Source of the DNA: Curvularia clavata
Taxonomy: Eukaryota
NCBI GenBank assembly: GCA_023920165.1
Contig: CP089276.1
Location: 62,001 to 126,000 of the forward strand
Direction of reading: 5' to 3'
Length of the DNA stretch: 64,000 nt
Shown: positions 61,479 through 64,000 of the stretch, piece by piece
Layout of the letters: every line of letters starts with the position of its first letter
Position numbering within the stretch: the stretch's first letter is position 1
Translations under genes and position numbers: made by a program
Notes under the pieces: generated by a model
What the model was told of the DNA's origin: nothing
Databases searched by the model: none
Seen by the model: only the letters and a program-made list of their open reading frames with translations

Positions 61479-64000
61479 TCCAATTCGCCAGGCATTACGC
61501 GTCATAAACTAACATGTCTGTGGCTGGTGGCTTGCATGTTTATGGCCAATATTTGGCCTGGAGTGGTCTTCATCGTCACTCTGGGCGCATGTTGTCAAGA
61601 CGTAAGTGGAGGATAGAAAAAGGGTTGAGAGATAAGACGAGCGGTGTAGACCTTTTACTTTTTGGCCAAGAGATAGAAGACGGAGATAGAACAAGTCAAG
61701 CCGTAGGTAAGCTGGGTAATACGTTGCATGGATGCATGCAAGTAGAACTGCAATCGGATCAAATGTCGCTTGCGTGGCTAGTTTGAAAAATGGTCTGTCC
61801 TGTAGCTCGAGACTGAAATATGCCAGCAGCCTAACGAGGAAGTGAATCTGCCACGATACTCCCCGATACCGTAGCACAACACCAGTATCGTACGACGGCC
61901 GAATCCATTGTCCCGCTGTGAGACCAATGGGGCTGTTGTCATCCTTTCATGTGAAGCGAGCCCCACCAGCCTCAGGTTTGAGTTGATCGGAACTGCATTC
62001 ATACAGAACCGACAGTCCAGGCTGAGATATCTCATGCAATATGCCGTACATTGCCAGCGTTGAAATCAACCACAAACCATACAAACCACCCACGTGGGCG
62101 GCGTTGGCCTTGGGAGTGGTAGAACAGCTTCCGTCCCACCTGTGTGGTCATAGGTGCGCGCCTTCAGGCCCCCCTGTACTATGATCGATCGCGCATCTCC
62201 TCCTATAGGAAGGTGAGCACGCGACTGGACGACCCCAGTCTTGCATGCATATGTCTGCGTCTCATATACTTGCATGTACATGTCAAGCAGAAAACAAGCA
62301 ATGCCAATGTGGCGGACAGGTGCCGGCAGTCCGTGGGACTCGGCAATGCATATCCATCCTTCGAGGGCTTGGTTTCCAGAAGTATTGCATGCCAACGAAA
62401 GACATTCTGGGCTCAGCAATGAGTGAATGTATTATTGTTGTACGTATGGAAGCGAGCTGGCATGAACGGAGAATGCCGGGCGGGGCTCTGCTTGTAATCA
62501 CAAGGTCTAGAGCTTCTGAGTCAAACTCCTCCATTGCGCAAGGCATGCAGAGTCGTGTTGCTCCACGCTGCTGTGGGCTGTCAACTCAAAGTAGCCGCGG
62601 CTCGACGGGCCTATAGACTACTTATGGGCGTACAGGCCCACTTCAGCTCTGGATCGAAGACCCTGAGACGGGTGGCTGGCGGCCGCCTGCCTTTTCGTGG
62701 GGATGCAGACAGGCCATGGCGTTTGTATGACATGGTACTCTTCTGCTTCAAGTTGCGAACGCATTATAATGGACCCTGGAATCGTTGTACACAGAAAACT
62801 CTACAACGAGGACTGTTTCCCTTTGAAAAGCATTAGTAGACCTAAAGTATATATTGCCCAAGTGATGCTGGAGCGGCACGTTACTGCCGCCTCCCCCACA
62901 CGAGGCAAGTGGAGATGTTCGGTACGCGTATCAAGTATGGTGCATCCTTGTTTGGATGCAAGCTTTTTTGCTCCATCTTTCTCCAGATGTGGTCACTGTC
63001 CAATCAGCAGAAAGCAATGACATTCTGCTCTCGAGCGGCTCATGATGACAGAGTATTGAAATTGAAGCGTAATCGTGGTCAGCATCGTGAAAATTGCCGG
63101 TGAAGGCACTTGTTGTTTAAACGGTTGCTGTGGCAGAGGACCGTCTCTGGATTGTGTTGCGCTTACTCGGCCAATAGGAGCATTGTTACCGCTCGCAGGC
63201 AATTGAACGGCAGAGGTGCCTAGGCTATAACGGCTGAGGCGTTGGGCTGGCCTGGGCTGGCTGCAAGTGAACTCTGAGAGGATCCCTGGCCGTAGAGAAT
63301 TTTTTTTCTTGTCTGTCAGTACATACGTGTTGCTGATTGCGCCTGGGGTCAGGATCCGTAGCGGCAAATCCGCGCCCTGAGCTGCTCGTGAGCATGAGGA
63401 TGGCGGCATGGTGTTGAGTGGGGGAGTGGATTTTGGTCGTGGGCGGAGGACGGGCTGGCCGGCAGGCAGTCCGTTTTGAATTGCTCCAAGGTGCTTGCAC
63501 GTGCAAGGGCGACCGGGATGACAGAGGGTTGGCAGTAGCGCGAACCAGGGCGCGGCCGATGTCATTTCCTTCCTAGGGTTTGGGCATCGCCATGCATGCC
63601 ATCACTTCAGCTACAGTCCTTACTGCTTTGCGCAAGCCCCTTGCTGTCCTTCGTTTGCGTCTGCTTTGGGTCAATTATCCGGCCAGTATATATTCTACAT
63701 GTCTCCCGTGACAGCCGCATAGGCCCGACTCAAGTCTTCGGCACAGCAAACCGTAGTCTGTACAAAGCTTCCAGTCGTCAGCTTATTGCTACTCGTTCCA
63801 ATTAGGTCGTTCGGTAAGTGGCCCGCCAAGGGCAGTCTCTCGGTCCTTCACCGGCCCAATACCTCGCGGCGTCTTGAATCTGTGACACAAGAGACGGGAA
63901 CCCAGCAATGTTTCCGCCGTTGCGCTATCGTCAACCCGTTATCTAACGGTGGGCAGTTGACACCACTCGCCTCCTGCGACGCTGCACCTCTGCTTCACCA

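Noticed and set aside
62993..63565. 190-aa minus ORF near the window end
   Set aside because: Pro/Ser-rich with no domain; probably non-coding regulatory DNA

Overview
Gene-dense, intron-rich chromosomal DNA from a filamentous ascomycete; a Pleosporales-like Dothideomycete is my inference from gene style and short GT-AG introns with CTRAC branch sites. I can support 26 protein-coding genes, mostly conserved housekeeping: SMN, a cupredoxin, SERF, an AA9 LPMO, RPN4, p24, an SDR, SWC4, CK1, NUP133, STF2-like, DRE2, two GNATs, a short RecQ, UBX, SCS2, asparagine synthetase, PQ-loop, Mid2-like, Ydc2/Cce1, ACO2, KHDC4-like, ILV6 and two hypotheticals. There is one intron-containing tRNA-Arg(UCU), and no intact transposon or CRISPR. 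The most notable signal is a ~2 kb minus-strand region without a credible ORF (about 8411-10390). It contains a CUAACCCU template and a by-eye P1/P2a/P2b/P3 template-pseudoknot topology, making it a candidate telomerase RNA gene. Other notable items are a structured intron in the KH-domain splicing factor gene, an intron-split start codon (STF2-like), a GC-AG intron (ILV6) and microexons. Gene models were spliced by eye and identities rest on recalled family motifs; no searches or folding programs were run.
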